From positions 1,696,001 to 1,760,000 of the forward strand of contig OZ246001.1 in assembly GCA_965230295.1 (NCBI GenBank): a stretch of 64,000 bases of DNA. Reading direction: 5' to 3'. The position numbers and the translations under genes were made by a program. The notes beneath the pieces are model-generated. The model was not told the origin of the DNA and did not search any database. It saw only the letters and a program-made list of their open reading frames with translations. Each line of letters opens with the position of its first letter. Position 1 is the first letter of the stretch. Origin of the DNA: Marinicella sp. (GTDB lineage Bacteria > Pseudomonadota > Gammaproteobacteria > Xanthomonadales > Marinicellaceae). Below are positions 8,913 to 18,885 of the stretch, in pieces.

Positions 8913-10730
8913 ATGATTAAAAAACTTTTTAAATATTTAGCCGGTTTGTTGTTATTGGTGTTGGTGTTGGGTTCTGCCTTTTTTGTCCATGTGTGGTATT
9001 TCAAACCCTATGACATCAACCTGTTTTTTGGCCGAACGGCCCTTCAGTTTGCTTTAGAAAGCCCTGAAACCCTCAGCTCTGTCAGGGTTTTAGAAGGGTT
9101 TGGCATTGATGGGCACAATGCTGAGCTTGATGATGCCAGCTTGGCATCTGGCGACCGAACCATTGAAAAAATGCTTGACGCCCATGAAACCTTACTGTCC
9201 TATGCCGATGAAGATTTAGACCCCGATGATAAAATGTCTAAAGATGTGATGTTGTCGCTGTTAAACATCATGGTAGAAGGCCAAAGATTCCGTTTTCATA
9301 ACTACCCTGTCAATCAGTTGTTTGGTGTTCAAAACGGGTTTCCCTCTTTCATGGAAAGCACCCACCAAATAGAAGACAAAGGCGATGCGGAAGATTATAT
9401 CAGCCGGCTTTCGAAGGTGGGTATTAAGTTCGATCAGGTGTTGGAAGGATTGGCCCACCGTGAAAACCTGGGTATTTTACCTCCTCAGTTTGTGGTGACT
9501 AAAGTTTTGGAAGAAATGAATGGCTTCGTCAACACACCCGCAGAGGACAACATTTTGTTTACAGCTTTCAGTCAAAAAATGACCGATGCCAAAATACCGC
9601 AAGAACAACAAAATGTAATGGCTCAACAGGCCAAAGACACCATTGAGCAAACGGTGTATCCAGCCTACAAAAACCTGATCTCCTATTTCGAACGCCTCGA
9701 TGACAAAGTCAATGAAAACCACGGTGTTTGGAACTTACCAGATGGTGATGCTTTCTATGCCCTGGCCCTTAAGTTTTTCACCACCACCGACTACAGCCCT
9801 GATTACATCCATAACTTTGGTATACAAGAGGTCGATCGCATTCAGGCTGAAATCCTCAGCATTCTGGCCAACGAAGGCTGGGACATCAGTCAAGGGTTTA
9901 CCTCCAGCATTGAAAACATGGCCGTCAGTCCCCGTTTTTATTATTCCGACACCGATGAAGGCCGTGAACAAATCTTAGATGACTACAAGTTGATGTTGGT
10001 AGACATAGAAAAACAAATGGACAGCCATTTTCATGATTTCCCAAAAGCAGAAATGGACGTACAAAGAATACCTGAATTCAAAGAAAAGACTTCTCCTGGC
10101 GCCTATTATCAAAGGCCGGCTATGGACGGATCCAGACCAGGGGTGTTTTATGCCAACCTGTATGACATCAAGGCCACACCCAAATACGGCATGAAAACCC
10201 TGGCCTACCATGAGGGCATTCCAGGCCACCACTACCAACTGGCCATTCAACAAGAGTTGGACAACATGCCTTTTTTCCGCAAAATGGTTCCATTCATTGC
10301 CTACAGTGAGGGCTGGGCCTTGTATGCCGAAAGGGTGGCTTTTGAAATGGGGATGTTACCAGACCCCTATGACAACATTGGTCGTTTGCAAGCGGAATTG
10401 TTCCGTGCGGTGAGGCTGGTGGTAGACACCGGCATCCATGCCAAACGTTGGACCAGGGAGCGAGCCATCGACTACATGTTGGCCAACACTGGCATGGCTG
10501 AATCTGACGTGGTATCAGAAATCGAACGGTATTTTGTGATGCCGGGACAAGCAACGGCCTACAAAGTAGGGATGACCAAAATACTGGAGCTGCGAGAGAA
10601 AGCCCAAAACGCTTTAGGTGAAAAATATGACATCAAAGATTTCCACCGTGTGGTGTTAAACAACGGCTCTGTGCCGCTGAACATCTTAGAGCAATTAGTG
10701 GATCAGTACATCCAAGAAAAACAATCTTAA
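8913..10730 (+). CDS. DUF885 family protein (putative metallopeptidase) with N-terminal anchor
   Basis: HEGIPGHH, EGWALYAE, RAVRLVVDTGIH and PGQATAYKVG motifs. Confidence 0.9.
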   Translation: MIKKLFKYLAGLLLLVLVLGSAFFVHVWYFKPYDINLFFGRTALQFALESPETLSSVRVLEGFGIDGHNAELDDASLASGDRTIEKMLDAHETLLSYADEDLDPDDKMSKDVMLSLLNIMVEGQRFRFHNYPVNQLFGVQNGFPSFMESTHQIEDKGDAEDYISRLSKVGIKFDQVLEGLAHRENLGILPPQFVVTKVLEEMNGFVNTPAEDNILFTAFSQKMTDAKIPQEQQNVMAQQAKDTIEQTVYPAYKNLISYFERLDDKVNENHGVWNLPDGDAFYALALKFFTTTDYSPDYIHNFGIQEVDRIQAEILSILANEGWDISQGFTSSIENMAVSPRFYYSDTDEGREQILDDYKLMLVDIEKQMDSHFHDFPKAEMDVQRIPEFKEKTSPGAYYQRPAMDGSRPGVFYANLYDIKATPKYGMKTLAYHEGIPGHHYQLAIQQELDNMPFFRKMVPFIAYSEGWALYAERVAFEMGMLPDPYDNIGRLQAELFRAVRLVVDTGIHAKRWTRERAIDYMLANTGMAESDVVSEIERYFVMPGQATAYKVGMTKILELREKAQNALGEKYDIKDFHRVVLNNGSVPLNILEQLVDQYIQEKQS

Positions 10731-10746
10731 ATCCTGAAATTAAGTT

Positions 10747-10780
10747 AAAAAAAAGCCAGCCCTTGAACAAGGCTGGCTTT
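10747..10780. terminator. Bidirectional intrinsic terminator
   Basis: AAAGCCAGCC-cttgaacaa-GGCTGGCTTT stem with a preceding A-run, between convergent genes. Confidence 0.85.
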
Positions 10781-10799
10781 GCTTCGGTTCGACAAAGGC

Positions 10800-12206
10800 T
10801 TATTTCAAACCACGACGTTTTTTAATTTCTTCCATTTTTTGTTGGCGCTCCATGTGCTCATCCATTTTGTATTTGGTGGGTGATTTCATGATGCTCAAAG
10901 GCTCCCAATTCTGCTCTGGTAACAAACGCCCCATGACGTCAATTTTTTCCCATTGTGAATTGGCAGCATAATACACATGGCCTCCAACCAAAGTACCATT
11001 ACCCAAGGTCTTAAAGGTCGGGTTAGAAGCTTCTATAGGAAACATGTTTTGCAAGAACAAGTCTTGCTTCAACACATAACGCATCAAACGAGCCGGTTTA
11101 ACACCACTTTGAATGGCCACCAAGTCACCATCATCATAGAACAAATCATTGATGCCTGAGACATAACCTGATTTTGAGCGAACCAAAGGCGCCAGTTGTT
11201 TGGTTTTCATGTTGACCAAAAACAAACCTTGATCGTAGTCCGACAAGTAAAGGATAGATTCATCGGCGTTGCTGGTGATGGCTTTGACGGTGCTCAGTCC
11301 GGAAATGGTTGTGACTGATTCAACTTGTTCACTGTTTTTAGCAATCCTAAAAACCTGGCTGTTGAAGGCATTGATGAAGTACAGGTTTTGTCCTTGGGTT
11401 AAATGTAATGCAGTAAACAACAAGGGCTGTGTGGTTCTTTGCATGGAAAAGTTTTTCAGTACTTCGCCTGTACTTAATTTGATTTTAGAAATCATGGCGT
11501 GGCCAAAGTTGGCTTGAGTGGTGCCGTTGTAATGTGGCATCGTGGCTGAAGAAACCCACAGCAAATCGGCTTGTTCATCGGTCACCAAATCAACGATGCC
11601 CCAAGGCCCCGTGCTGGGATCGCTGGGTTTGATGAACTCTTTGAATCCGCCTTCTTCAGTGTATTGGTAAACAGAGCCCGCACGGGTACTGCCTAATAAA
11701 AAACGCTTGGCATTGGCATCATAAGCCAGATTTTCAAACAACATGCCTGAATAATGGTGGCTGACTTCAAAGACTTGTTGACCTTCTCCAAAAGCATCTC
11801 CATTTTTAAGCATGTTTTCTTCAATGTAATCAAACACGTTGGTGGTTTTTATTTTTTCAAAACCCTCTAGATCACCCACCGGGTAGCTCAAGCCCGCTTT
11901 TTGCAACTCAATCAAGGCGTTATAGGCTTCTGATTTTTTATCTTGTTGCGCATAGGCCTTGGCCAGTGAAAACTGAAAATCAGGATTGAAAGGGCGCAAG
12001 GTGATCAACCGTTGTAACACCACTTCTTCGCGACTGAACTGCTCTTTCTTTTGCAGCTCCCTGGCCAATTCGATCAATTGAGGGATGCTGTTCATGGCTT
12101 TCACATCGTTGGCAAACACCGCTTCCGGGTCCAGCTCTTGGGCTTGTACACAGAAATTGCAAATCAAAATCAGGCACAGGGTTATTTTTTTCATAAAGGT
12201 TGGCAT
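10800..12206 (-). CDS. Exported hypothetical protein: TPR-like N-terminus plus beta-propeller (SMP-30/gluconolactonase-like)
   Basis: Signal peptide (..CVQA/QE), helical TPR-like PFNPDFQFSLAKAYAQ, propeller-type blades (FENLAYD..RFLLGS, LYLSDY). Confidence 0.6.
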   Translation of the reverse strand: MPTFMKKITLCLILICNFCVQAQELDPEAVFANDVKAMNSIPQLIELARELQKKEQFSREEVVLQRLITLRPFNPDFQFSLAKAYAQQDKKSEAYNALIELQKAGLSYPVGDLEGFEKIKTTNVFDYIEENMLKNGDAFGEGQQVFEVSHHYSGMLFENLAYDANAKRFLLGSTRAGSVYQYTEEGGFKEFIKPSDPSTGPWGIVDLVTDEQADLLWVSSATMPHYNGTTQANFGHAMISKIKLSTGEVLKNFSMQRTTQPLLFTALHLTQGQNLYFINAFNSQVFRIAKNSEQVESVTTISGLSTVKAITSNADESILYLSDYDQGLFLVNMKTKQLAPLVRSKSGYVSGINDLFYDDGDLVAIQSGVKPARLMRYVLKQDLFLQNMFPIEASNPTFKTLGNGTLVGGHVYYAANSQWEKIDVMGRLLPEQNWEPLSIMKSPTKYKMDEHMERQQKMEEIKKRRGLK

Positions 12207-12375
12207 ATTAAAAAGTTCCTATAAGACCCCTTTAATTAATCGAGGTTCAATACAAAGCGCGGCATTTTAACAGAAAAGCAGCCTTTTGGCCTTCAGTTAC
12301 GGAACTTCGGAGCCATTAATAGCTGTTTCTGCATTGGCTTGCTGCTAAAATGGCGTTTTTTTTCGATTGGCCTTG

Positions 12376-13425
12376 ATGGAATTAGACAACGATTTATATT
12401 TACGTGCCTTGCGCAGAGAACCCACTGAACGAACCCCTGTGTGGTTGATGCGACAAGCGGGGCGTTACTTACCTGAATACCGAGCGGTCAGGAAACAAGC
12501 TGGCGACTTCATGACGCTGGCCAGCACACCAGAAATGGCCTGTGAAGTGACCATTCAACCTTTGGAAAGGTTTCCATTGGATGCCGCCATCATATTTTCT
12601 GACATTTTGACCATCCCTGATGCCATGGGCTTGGGCTTGTATTTTGTCCAGGGAGAAGGCCCCAGGTTCAAAAACCCCATCACCGAAGCCAGCCAAATAG
12701 ACAGGCTGCCGGTACCTGAAGCCGAAGATTTACAATATGTAATGGATGCCATCTCACTGACCACAAAAACGTTGAATGGCCGCGTTCCTTTGATTGGTTT
12801 TTCTGGCAGTCCCTGGACATTGTTGACTTATATGATTGAAAACGGTGGCAGTAAAACATATGCCAAATCCAAAGCGCTGTTGTACAAAACCCCTGAGTTG
12901 GCACACCAGTTGTTGGATAAGCTGGCCCAATCGATCGTTAAATATTTAATTGGCCAGATTCAAAGTGGTGCATCAGCCGTGCAAATTTTCGACAGTTGGG
13001 GTGGTGTCCTCAGTCCCACAGATTTTCACAGATTTTCTTTGCAATACATGCAACAAATTGTTGATGGTTTGCATGACGCAGGCTTCGGCGAAACGCCCGT
13101 GGTGTTGTTCAGCAAAGGGGCCAACCAAAGCTTGAACGCTTTATCAAAAACAGGTTGTCACGCCTTGGGTGTTGATTGGACCATTGACATCAATGATGCC
13201 CAGAAACTGACCGAAGGCCGGGTGGCTTTGCAAGGCAACCTTGACCCAGCCACTTTGTATGCACCTGATGACTACATCAACCAGGCCGCTAAAAAAGTGA
13301 TCGATGCTTATGGCAACCAACCTGGGCACGTGTTCAATTTAGGTCACGGCATGCAGCCTGACATGTCACCTGAAAAAGTGGCGGTGTTGGTTGAGGCGGT
13401 GCGTCAGCATTCAAGCAAAAGCTGA
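12376..13425 (+). CDS. hemE: Uroporphyrinogen decarboxylase
   Basis: PVWLMRQAGRYLPEYR, FSDIL, QGNLDP and FNLGHG motifs. Confidence 0.97.
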   Translation: MELDNDLYLRALRREPTERTPVWLMRQAGRYLPEYRAVRKQAGDFMTLASTPEMACEVTIQPLERFPLDAAIIFSDILTIPDAMGLGLYFVQGEGPRFKNPITEASQIDRLPVPEAEDLQYVMDAISLTTKTLNGRVPLIGFSGSPWTLLTYMIENGGSKTYAKSKALLYKTPELAHQLLDKLAQSIVKYLIGQIQSGASAVQIFDSWGGVLSPTDFHRFSLQYMQQIVDGLHDAGFGETPVVLFSKGANQSLNALSKTGCHALGVDWTIDINDAQKLTEGRVALQGNLDPATLYAPDDYINQAAKKVIDAYGNQPGHVFNLGHGMQPDMSPEKVAVLVEAVRQHSSKS

Positions 13426-13427
13426 TC

Positions 13428-13763
13428 ATGAAATATAAGCTCACTCGTTTGATTGATATACCCATTGGACAGTGGTCAGAGTTCACCCTACAAACCCAAA
13501 ATGGATTCACGTCTGTGATGGTTAAACGTGGCCAGACCGATTGGTTGGCATACATCAATGAATGTCCACATCAGGGGCGACGCATGGATTATGCAGAGAA
13601 TGCATTTTTAGAAACCCCTGATCACCAATTGGTCTGCCCTGCCCATGGTGCCACTTTTGATGCCAATACCGGCTTGTGCACCAGTGGTCCCTGTGCAGGT
13701 CAATCACTGGTTTCTTTGGTTGTCAGTTTTGATCACAAGGACGTCTTCATTGAACTCGCTTAA
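13428..13763 (+). CDS. Rieske (2Fe-2S) ferredoxin
   Basis: CPH...CPAHGA Rieske boxes plus GPCAG. Confidence 0.9.
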   Translation: MKYKLTRLIDIPIGQWSEFTLQTQNGFTSVMVKRGQTDWLAYINECPHQGRRMDYAENAFLETPDHQLVCPAHGATFDANTGLCTSGPCAGQSLVSLVVSFDHKDVFIELA

Positions 13764-14151
13764 ACCCCTGCTTGGACTGATGTTTCGCTATGGCCTGGTC
13801 GGTGTGTTGGCCAGCCTGATTCATGCCGGTATCAGTTTGGCTGTATTGGCGCTGTTTGACATTCAGCCCTTTTGGTCACATGCCATCGGTTTCTGTGGTG
13901 GGTTGATCACTGCATACCTGGGTCATTACCATTATTCATTCAAAGATGATGGTCAACACAAACACCGTTTTCCAAAGTTCGCGATCACGGCAGTTACCGG
14001 TTTTGCACTGCACCAAAGTGGCGTCTATTTATTGGTCAATCAAATGCAGTTGCCTTACAAGACTTTTGCTTTACCTGTGGTGATGGTGAGCGTGCCTGTG
14101 GTGACATTCTTGATGTCGAAGTTTTGGGTGTTTCGTAATACGCAACATTAA
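13750..14151 (+). CDS. GtrA family membrane protein
   Basis: RYGLVG, four TM helices, TFLMSKFWVF end; start probably TTG 13750 or ATG 13780. Confidence 0.85.
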   Translation: MNSLKPLLGLMFRYGLVGVLASLIHAGISLAVLALFDIQPFWSHAIGFCGGLITAYLGHYHYSFKDDGQHKHRFPKFAITAVTGFALHQSGVYLLVNQMQLPYKTFALPVVMVSVPVVTFLMSKFWVFRNTQH

Positions 14152-14154
14152 ATG

Positions 14155-14186
14155 GCACCAGCTTAAAGTCAGCTGGCAGGTTTTCT
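14155..14186 (+). terminator. Possible terminator after hemE-Rieske-gtrA
   Basis: CCAGCT-taaagtc-AGCTGG hairpin followed by ttttct. Confidence 0.4.
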
Positions 14187-14333
14187 AAGTCATCTTCATC
14201 CCAAAAACAGAATTCTTTCATGGTTGTTACCTGGTTAAAAAAACCATGATATCGATGAGTTGTGACCATGTTGGGGCATTTTCCTGACCAATTATGGCTG
14301 GCTTTTTATGGCTAACGAATAAGCACAGCAGGT

Positions 14334-14849
14334 TTAACTGATGTTTATATGCATGACTAAACTTTCGGTATCCTGGCCAGGTAATGTACTGATGGTTTGT
14401 TTTTGTAAACCCAACTTTTCTAACACCCGGATTGATGCCACATTATCAGGATTGGTGTAAGCCAAAATCACTTCACTGAGCTTTTCCTTGGCCGCCCATT
14501 TCATGATCGCCTGGCTTGCCTCCGTACAATACCCACCGCTGCGGTACTCAGGTAAAAAGGCAAAGCCAATGTCTGGTGGGTTGTCAGCATCCCTTTTGAC
14601 CAAGCCACATATCCCCATCGGTGTGGGGTCATTTTTTAATGTCACTTTATACAAACCATAACCGTGGCTGCGATAGGAATTGATCAAACGTTCTTGTAAG
14701 TACTGTTCCGCTGATGCCAGGTCGGTGATGCCTCGATCGCCAATAAACCGCAAACAGTCCGGGTCAGTGAACAAGGCTTGAATAAATGGTCCATCTTCAT
14801 TGGTTAGCTCGCTCAATTTTAAGCGGCTGGTGTTAATTTCAAACATCAT
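14334..14849 (-). CDS. GNAT (RimJ/RimL-type) N-acetyltransferase
   Basis: TSRLKL, DIGFAFLPEYRSGGY and NVASIRVLEKLG motifs. Confidence 0.9.
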   Translation of the reverse strand: MMFEINTSRLKLSELTNEDGPFIQALFTDPDCLRFIGDRGITDLASAEQYLQERLINSYRSHGYGLYKVTLKNDPTPMGICGLVKRDADNPPDIGFAFLPEYRSGGYCTEASQAIMKWAAKEKLSEVILAYTNPDNVASIRVLEKLGLQKQTISTLPGQDTESLVMHINIS

Positions 14850-15388
14850 TTCTTGGGTTTCAGTTGGGCTTGATACCGTGGTTTCCCATGTCGCTTCAGA
14901 TCATATGTCAGTATTTTGCTTTGGGGGTCATATTGCAGCATCCACACATTGGTGGCCGCGGCTGGTATCAACACAGCTGTTTCACCATCCGCCGGAAAAT
15001 ACTGTTGCCACTCATTGCCGTGGTCATTGGACCAACCGCCGTAATTGGTGATTTCATCGGGTGTGCCATCGGCATGGCGGTGGTCATGTTTAAGCAACAA
15101 GCCGCTTTCTGATCGCGTCACCACCCAAGTGCGGGATCGATCTTCACCCACATCAAATTGAATGCGGATTTCTTGGTCGCGACAGTCATTGAAGTCAGCC
15201 ACCAAAAGCTTACCAGCAAAATCGTGATCGGGGTCATCAGGAAAGGTGCTGGCACCTGTGAACGTTTGCCCACACAATGATGCCAAGTTGTCATAAAAAG
15301 CCTGTTGGCTGTTCTGCGGTTTTTCTTTGCAAGCAACCAAGAAAAGGGCTGTTAAAAAAAGCAGGGTGGTTCTTTTACTGAATATCAT
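14846..15388 (-). CDS. Conserved hypothetical lipoprotein
   Basis: Lipobox LVAC; conserved-looking LKHDHRHADG...TNYGG; ATG at 15388. Confidence 0.7.
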   Translation of the reverse strand: MIFSKRTTLLFLTALFLVACKEKPQNSQQAFYDNLASLCGQTFTGASTFPDDPDHDFAGKLLVADFNDCRDQEIRIQFDVGEDRSRTWVVTRSESGLLLKHDHRHADGTPDEITNYGGWSNDHGNEWQQYFPADGETAVLIPAAATNVWMLQYDPQSKILTYDLKRHGKPRYQAQLKPKK

Positions 15389-15390
15389 GG

Positions 15391-15960
15391 TTAATCCTGT
15401 TGGTAACAAAAACAGTCGGTGGTGTGGTCGTTGACCAATCCAGTGGCCTGCATCAATGCGTAACAAATGGTGGTGCCAACAAACTTGAAGCCCCGTTTTT
15501 TCAGGTCAGTGCTCAAAGCATCAGACTCCGGTGTGCTGACTGGCACTTCTGCCATGCTTTGCCAGTGGTTAATGATGGGCGAACCGCCAACAAAGGCCCA
15601 AATGTATTCATTGAAAGAACCGAATTCTTGCTGGACCTTAAGAAAGGCCTGGGCATTGGTCACGGTGGATTTGATTTTCAGGGTGTTGCGCACAATGTTG
15701 GGGTTTGCCTTCAGCTTGAGCTGTTTGGCTTCCGAATATTGGGCTATTTTTCGGTAATCAAAACCATCAAATGCGGCCCTATAACCTTCTCGTTTGTGCA
15801 AAATGGTGGTCCAGCTCAGCCCCGCCTGGGCGCCTTCTAAAGTCAGAAATTCGAACCACACCTGATCATCATATACCGGCCGCCCCCATTCTTCATCATG
15901 GTATTGTTGATCCAGTTCGGTGGTGTTGGTTGCCCAACCACAACGTGTTTTTTCATTCAT
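15391..15960 (-). CDS. tag: DNA-3-methyladenine glycosylase I
   Basis: RCGW, YHDEEWG, LEGAQAGLSW, GFKFVG and NDH...C motifs. Confidence 0.95.
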   Translation of the reverse strand: MNEKTRCGWATNTTELDQQYHDEEWGRPVYDDQVWFEFLTLEGAQAGLSWTTILHKREGYRAAFDGFDYRKIAQYSEAKQLKLKANPNIVRNTLKIKSTVTNAQAFLKVQQEFGSFNEYIWAFVGGSPIINHWQSMAEVPVSTPESDALSTDLKKRGFKFVGTTICYALMQATGLVNDHTTDCFCYQQD

Positions 15961-15963
15961 AAA

Positions 15964-17292
15964 CTAAACCTCGACGGTCGACCATTTCCTGCTTTGCCAC
16001 ATGTGGATCATGGCCCAAGTAAAGATCAACCGGTATACAATTTGACCGATCCAAATGGCTGTTAAACCCATACCTAAGTAGGGACCCACCAGCCAGGCCA
16101 TGGGTAAAAACAGCAACCATTGTAAGGCAAATGATATTTTCATGGTACTGGTGGTATCGCCCGCACCGTTGATGGTGTTGAACAACACTATTCCTATACA
16201 CTCCACACCCAAAGATATGGCCGCCAACTGCAAGGGCAAACGCGTGATTTCAATCACCGCGGTTTGATCGGTTAAAAACACTTTCAGGATCCAGTCAGGG
16301 AATAGCACCACTGGCAACATCAAAGTCGCCGCTGTGATACAAGCCAGTTTAACAGTGTCCCAACCCCACAAGTGTGCACCGGCCACATCCCTTCGACCTA
16401 AAGACTGGCCGACCAAAGTGGCGCCGCCCAAACCAAAACCCATGGCCGGTAACAGACCCACCAACATCAAATTGATGATGACATTGGCGCCTGCCAATTC
16501 ATCGGTGCCCACTTGGCCTATGATCCAGTACAAAGCTGCAAAACCTGCGGCAAAGAAAAACTGCTGAATCGAGGAGGGTAGTGACGTTTTGATCATTTGC
16601 ATGACCGTCGCCCTGGAGGGCAGGTTTTCCAAAAACCCATAACCTCTGGTGTGTTTCCAGGCACAATAAAAATAATAAAACACCGCCAATGTGATGGAAA
16701 TACTGGTGCCCAAGCCCGCACCATAGGTGCCCAAAGCCGGCATCCCCAATTTACCAAAAATCAACACATAGCTGATGGCTATGTTACTGGAATGGGCAAA
16801 CAACAACGCCTTCAAATAAACCTTTGTCATTTGGATGGCACTCCAATAGCCACGAAAACTGAAATGAACAGCCAATGAAATCAGCCCCAAAAACCGCGCT
16901 TGTAGATAAGGTGTGCCTTGTTCCATCACCAATGGATCTGGGTTGAACCATTCAATCAAATGTGGTGAGAGAAAATACAACAACAAGGTCATGGGAATGG
17001 CTGCCACCAAAATCAATAACAGCGCTGCATTCAAAGGATAAGCGGCTTGCGATTGTTTGTTTTCGCCTATGCGCCGAGAGACCATGGCTTGTACACCAGC
17101 ACTCAAGCCCAATAAAAAGGCCACACACATGTAATTCAAAAATCCACCCAAGCCCACTGCAGCCAAAGCCGGTGCGCCCAAACGACCCACCATGGCTGTG
17201 TCTACCAGGTTCAGGATGTTTTGTGACATCATGCCACCAATGATGGGTAAGGCCAAAGCCAAAATGGCTTTCGAGCGCTGTTTATTTAGCAT
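15964..17292 (-). CDS. MATE family efflux transporter
   Basis: LVDTAMVGRLG, IFGKLGMPALG and VGQSLG motifs; about 12 TM helices. Confidence 0.92.
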   Translation of the reverse strand: MLNKQRSKAILALALPIIGGMMSQNILNLVDTAMVGRLGAPALAAVGLGGFLNYMCVAFLLGLSAGVQAMVSRRIGENKQSQAAYPLNAALLLILVAAIPMTLLLYFLSPHLIEWFNPDPLVMEQGTPYLQARFLGLISLAVHFSFRGYWSAIQMTKVYLKALLFAHSSNIAISYVLIFGKLGMPALGTYGAGLGTSISITLAVFYYFYCAWKHTRGYGFLENLPSRATVMQMIKTSLPSSIQQFFFAAGFAALYWIIGQVGTDELAGANVIINLMLVGLLPAMGFGLGGATLVGQSLGRRDVAGAHLWGWDTVKLACITAATLMLPVVLFPDWILKVFLTDQTAVIEITRLPLQLAAISLGVECIGIVLFNTINGAGDTTSTMKISFALQWLLFLPMAWLVGPYLGMGLTAIWIGQIVYRLIFTWAMIHMWQSRKWSTVEV

Positions 17293-17423
17293 GCGAGTAT
17301 ATTAACTTGGATGGGTCGGTGTTGGGCAATTTTTTAACACAAAAACAGTCACCAAAACTTCATTTTTATGTAACCGCTTTGTCATCCATAATTTTTAGAA
17401 TGTTGTGAATTTGGAATCCAATC

Positions 17424-18431
17424 ATGATACAGCAGCTGAGCGCAAATTCACCAGAGTACCAATTCAAGCTGAAGAATGAGATTAATTTTTATAAGCACGT
17501 TGATCAAGTTCACCATTTACCAGAAATATTTCATTATTGGTCAAACAAATACTTGTTACCAAAATTCTTGAAGCATGGTTTCAACAGCCCTGATGATTTT
17601 TTTCTTCAAGAAACAATTAACCACATCAATAAAAGCCCCACAACAAATCAGATCAATATCCTCAGTGTTGGTGCTGGCAATGGAGAATCTGAAATCTTTA
17701 TGGCTGAACATCTGTTACAACAGGGTATTACAAATTTCCGTATCACCTGTTTAGACATCAACCCTCATATGTTGAGCCGTTGCGAACACACGGCATCAGA
17801 ACGAAATATTTCACAACACATCCACACCACCTGTGCAGATTTTAATCATTGGCACTCTGATGATATTTATGATGTGGTTATAGCCAACCAATGTTTACAC
17901 CATGTATTAAAACTGGAACATTTGTTTTTTGCCATCCACTCATCACTGGATACCAGTGGGGTGTTTTTGGTTTCCGACATGATTGGCAGAAACGGACACA
18001 TGCGTTGGCCAGAAGCATTGCGGTTGTTACAACCTATTTGGAATGGTTTACCTGATCGATTGAAATACAACCAATTGATGCGTAGGTTTGAGCCAAATTA
18101 TATTAATCATGATTGTTCAGACACAGGTTTTGAGGGCATTCGTGCTCAAGACATCCTACCACTGTTGACCAAGCAGTTTAATTTTGATTTGTTTATTCCT
18201 TTTGCCAACTTGATTATGGTGTTGATTGATCGACCTTTTGGGCACAACTATGATCCTAATAAAGCATCTGATTTGGCCATCATTGATGAAGTACATGCCT
18301 TAGATGAAGCAGCCATTATAAGTGGGCAAATTAAACCCACACAAATGGTGGCTCGATTAAGCAAACAAGAAAAATCAACTTTGCTTAGTGATGATCGATT
18401 GACTCCTTCTTTTTGCATAAGAGTGCCATAA
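17424..18431 (+). CDS. Class I SAM-dependent methyltransferase
   Basis: ILSVGAGNG, CLDIN and LHHV motifs. Confidence 0.8.
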   Translation: MIQQLSANSPEYQFKLKNEINFYKHVDQVHHLPEIFHYWSNKYLLPKFLKHGFNSPDDFFLQETINHINKSPTTNQINILSVGAGNGESEIFMAEHLLQQGITNFRITCLDINPHMLSRCEHTASERNISQHIHTTCADFNHWHSDDIYDVVIANQCLHHVLKLEHLFFAIHSSLDTSGVFLVSDMIGRNGHMRWPEALRLLQPIWNGLPDRLKYNQLMRRFEPNYINHDCSDTGFEGIRAQDILPLLTKQFNFDLFIPFANLIMVLIDRPFGHNYDPNKASDLAIIDEVHALDEAAIISGQIKPTQMVARLSKQEKSTLLSDDRLTPSFCIRVP

Positions 18432-18455
18432 AAAACGCCACAGGAAGTGGCGTTT
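18430..18455. terminator. Intrinsic terminator between convergent genes (strongest for the minus strand)
   Basis: AAACGCCAC-aggaa-GTGGCGTTT with an upstream A-run. Confidence 0.7.
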
Positions 18456-18486
18456 GGGGATTCAAGGGGTTTGTTGATCAGTCATG

Positions 18487-18810
18487 TTAATCACCACGGT
18501 CTTCTTTGAATCGTTTGCGCTTCATTTTTTTGTGGTGGTGGCGCAACTGTGCATGCTGTTTTCGGTGGGCTTCCATGGATTCGAATTGTTTCATTTGATC
18601 TGCAGTTAAAAATTCAGCCATTTGCGCTTTGCTGTCGGCCATGATTTCTTTGCGAGCGGCTTGTAAGCGTTCATCGGTGGCTTGTTCAAGTGCTTGCATT
18701 TGTTGTTTTTGCTCTTCAGTTAAATTCAACGGATTGTTTCTTCCGTCTACAGGGCCTGCCACGGCAGAACCTGACAAAACCAACATTAAAATTAAGTACA
18801 TTGTTTTCAT
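18487..18810 (-). CDS. Spy/CpxP-like periplasmic protein
   Basis: Signal peptide; LNLTEEQ and FLTADQ LTxxQ motifs; lies next to a BaeSR-like two-component system. Confidence 0.7.
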   Translation of the reverse strand: MKTMYLILMLVLSGSAVAGPVDGRNNPLNLTEEQKQQMQALEQATDERLQAARKEIMADSKAQMAEFLTADQMKQFESMEAHRKQHAQLRHHHKKMKRKRFKEDRGD

Positions 18811-18885
18811 GTGTGCTCCTGTTGTTAAAGAATGAACATCAGTTTAGGTCACAACCTTGCAAGGAATATGAAAACAATGAGGAAG

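Noticed and set aside
14036-14269. Minus-strand 77-aa ORF (MKEFCFWDEDDLENLP...)
   Set aside because: Overlaps the 3' end of gtrA by more than 100 nt on the opposite strand, has no recognisable motif, and the region is explained by a terminator hairpin; cannot be fully excluded.
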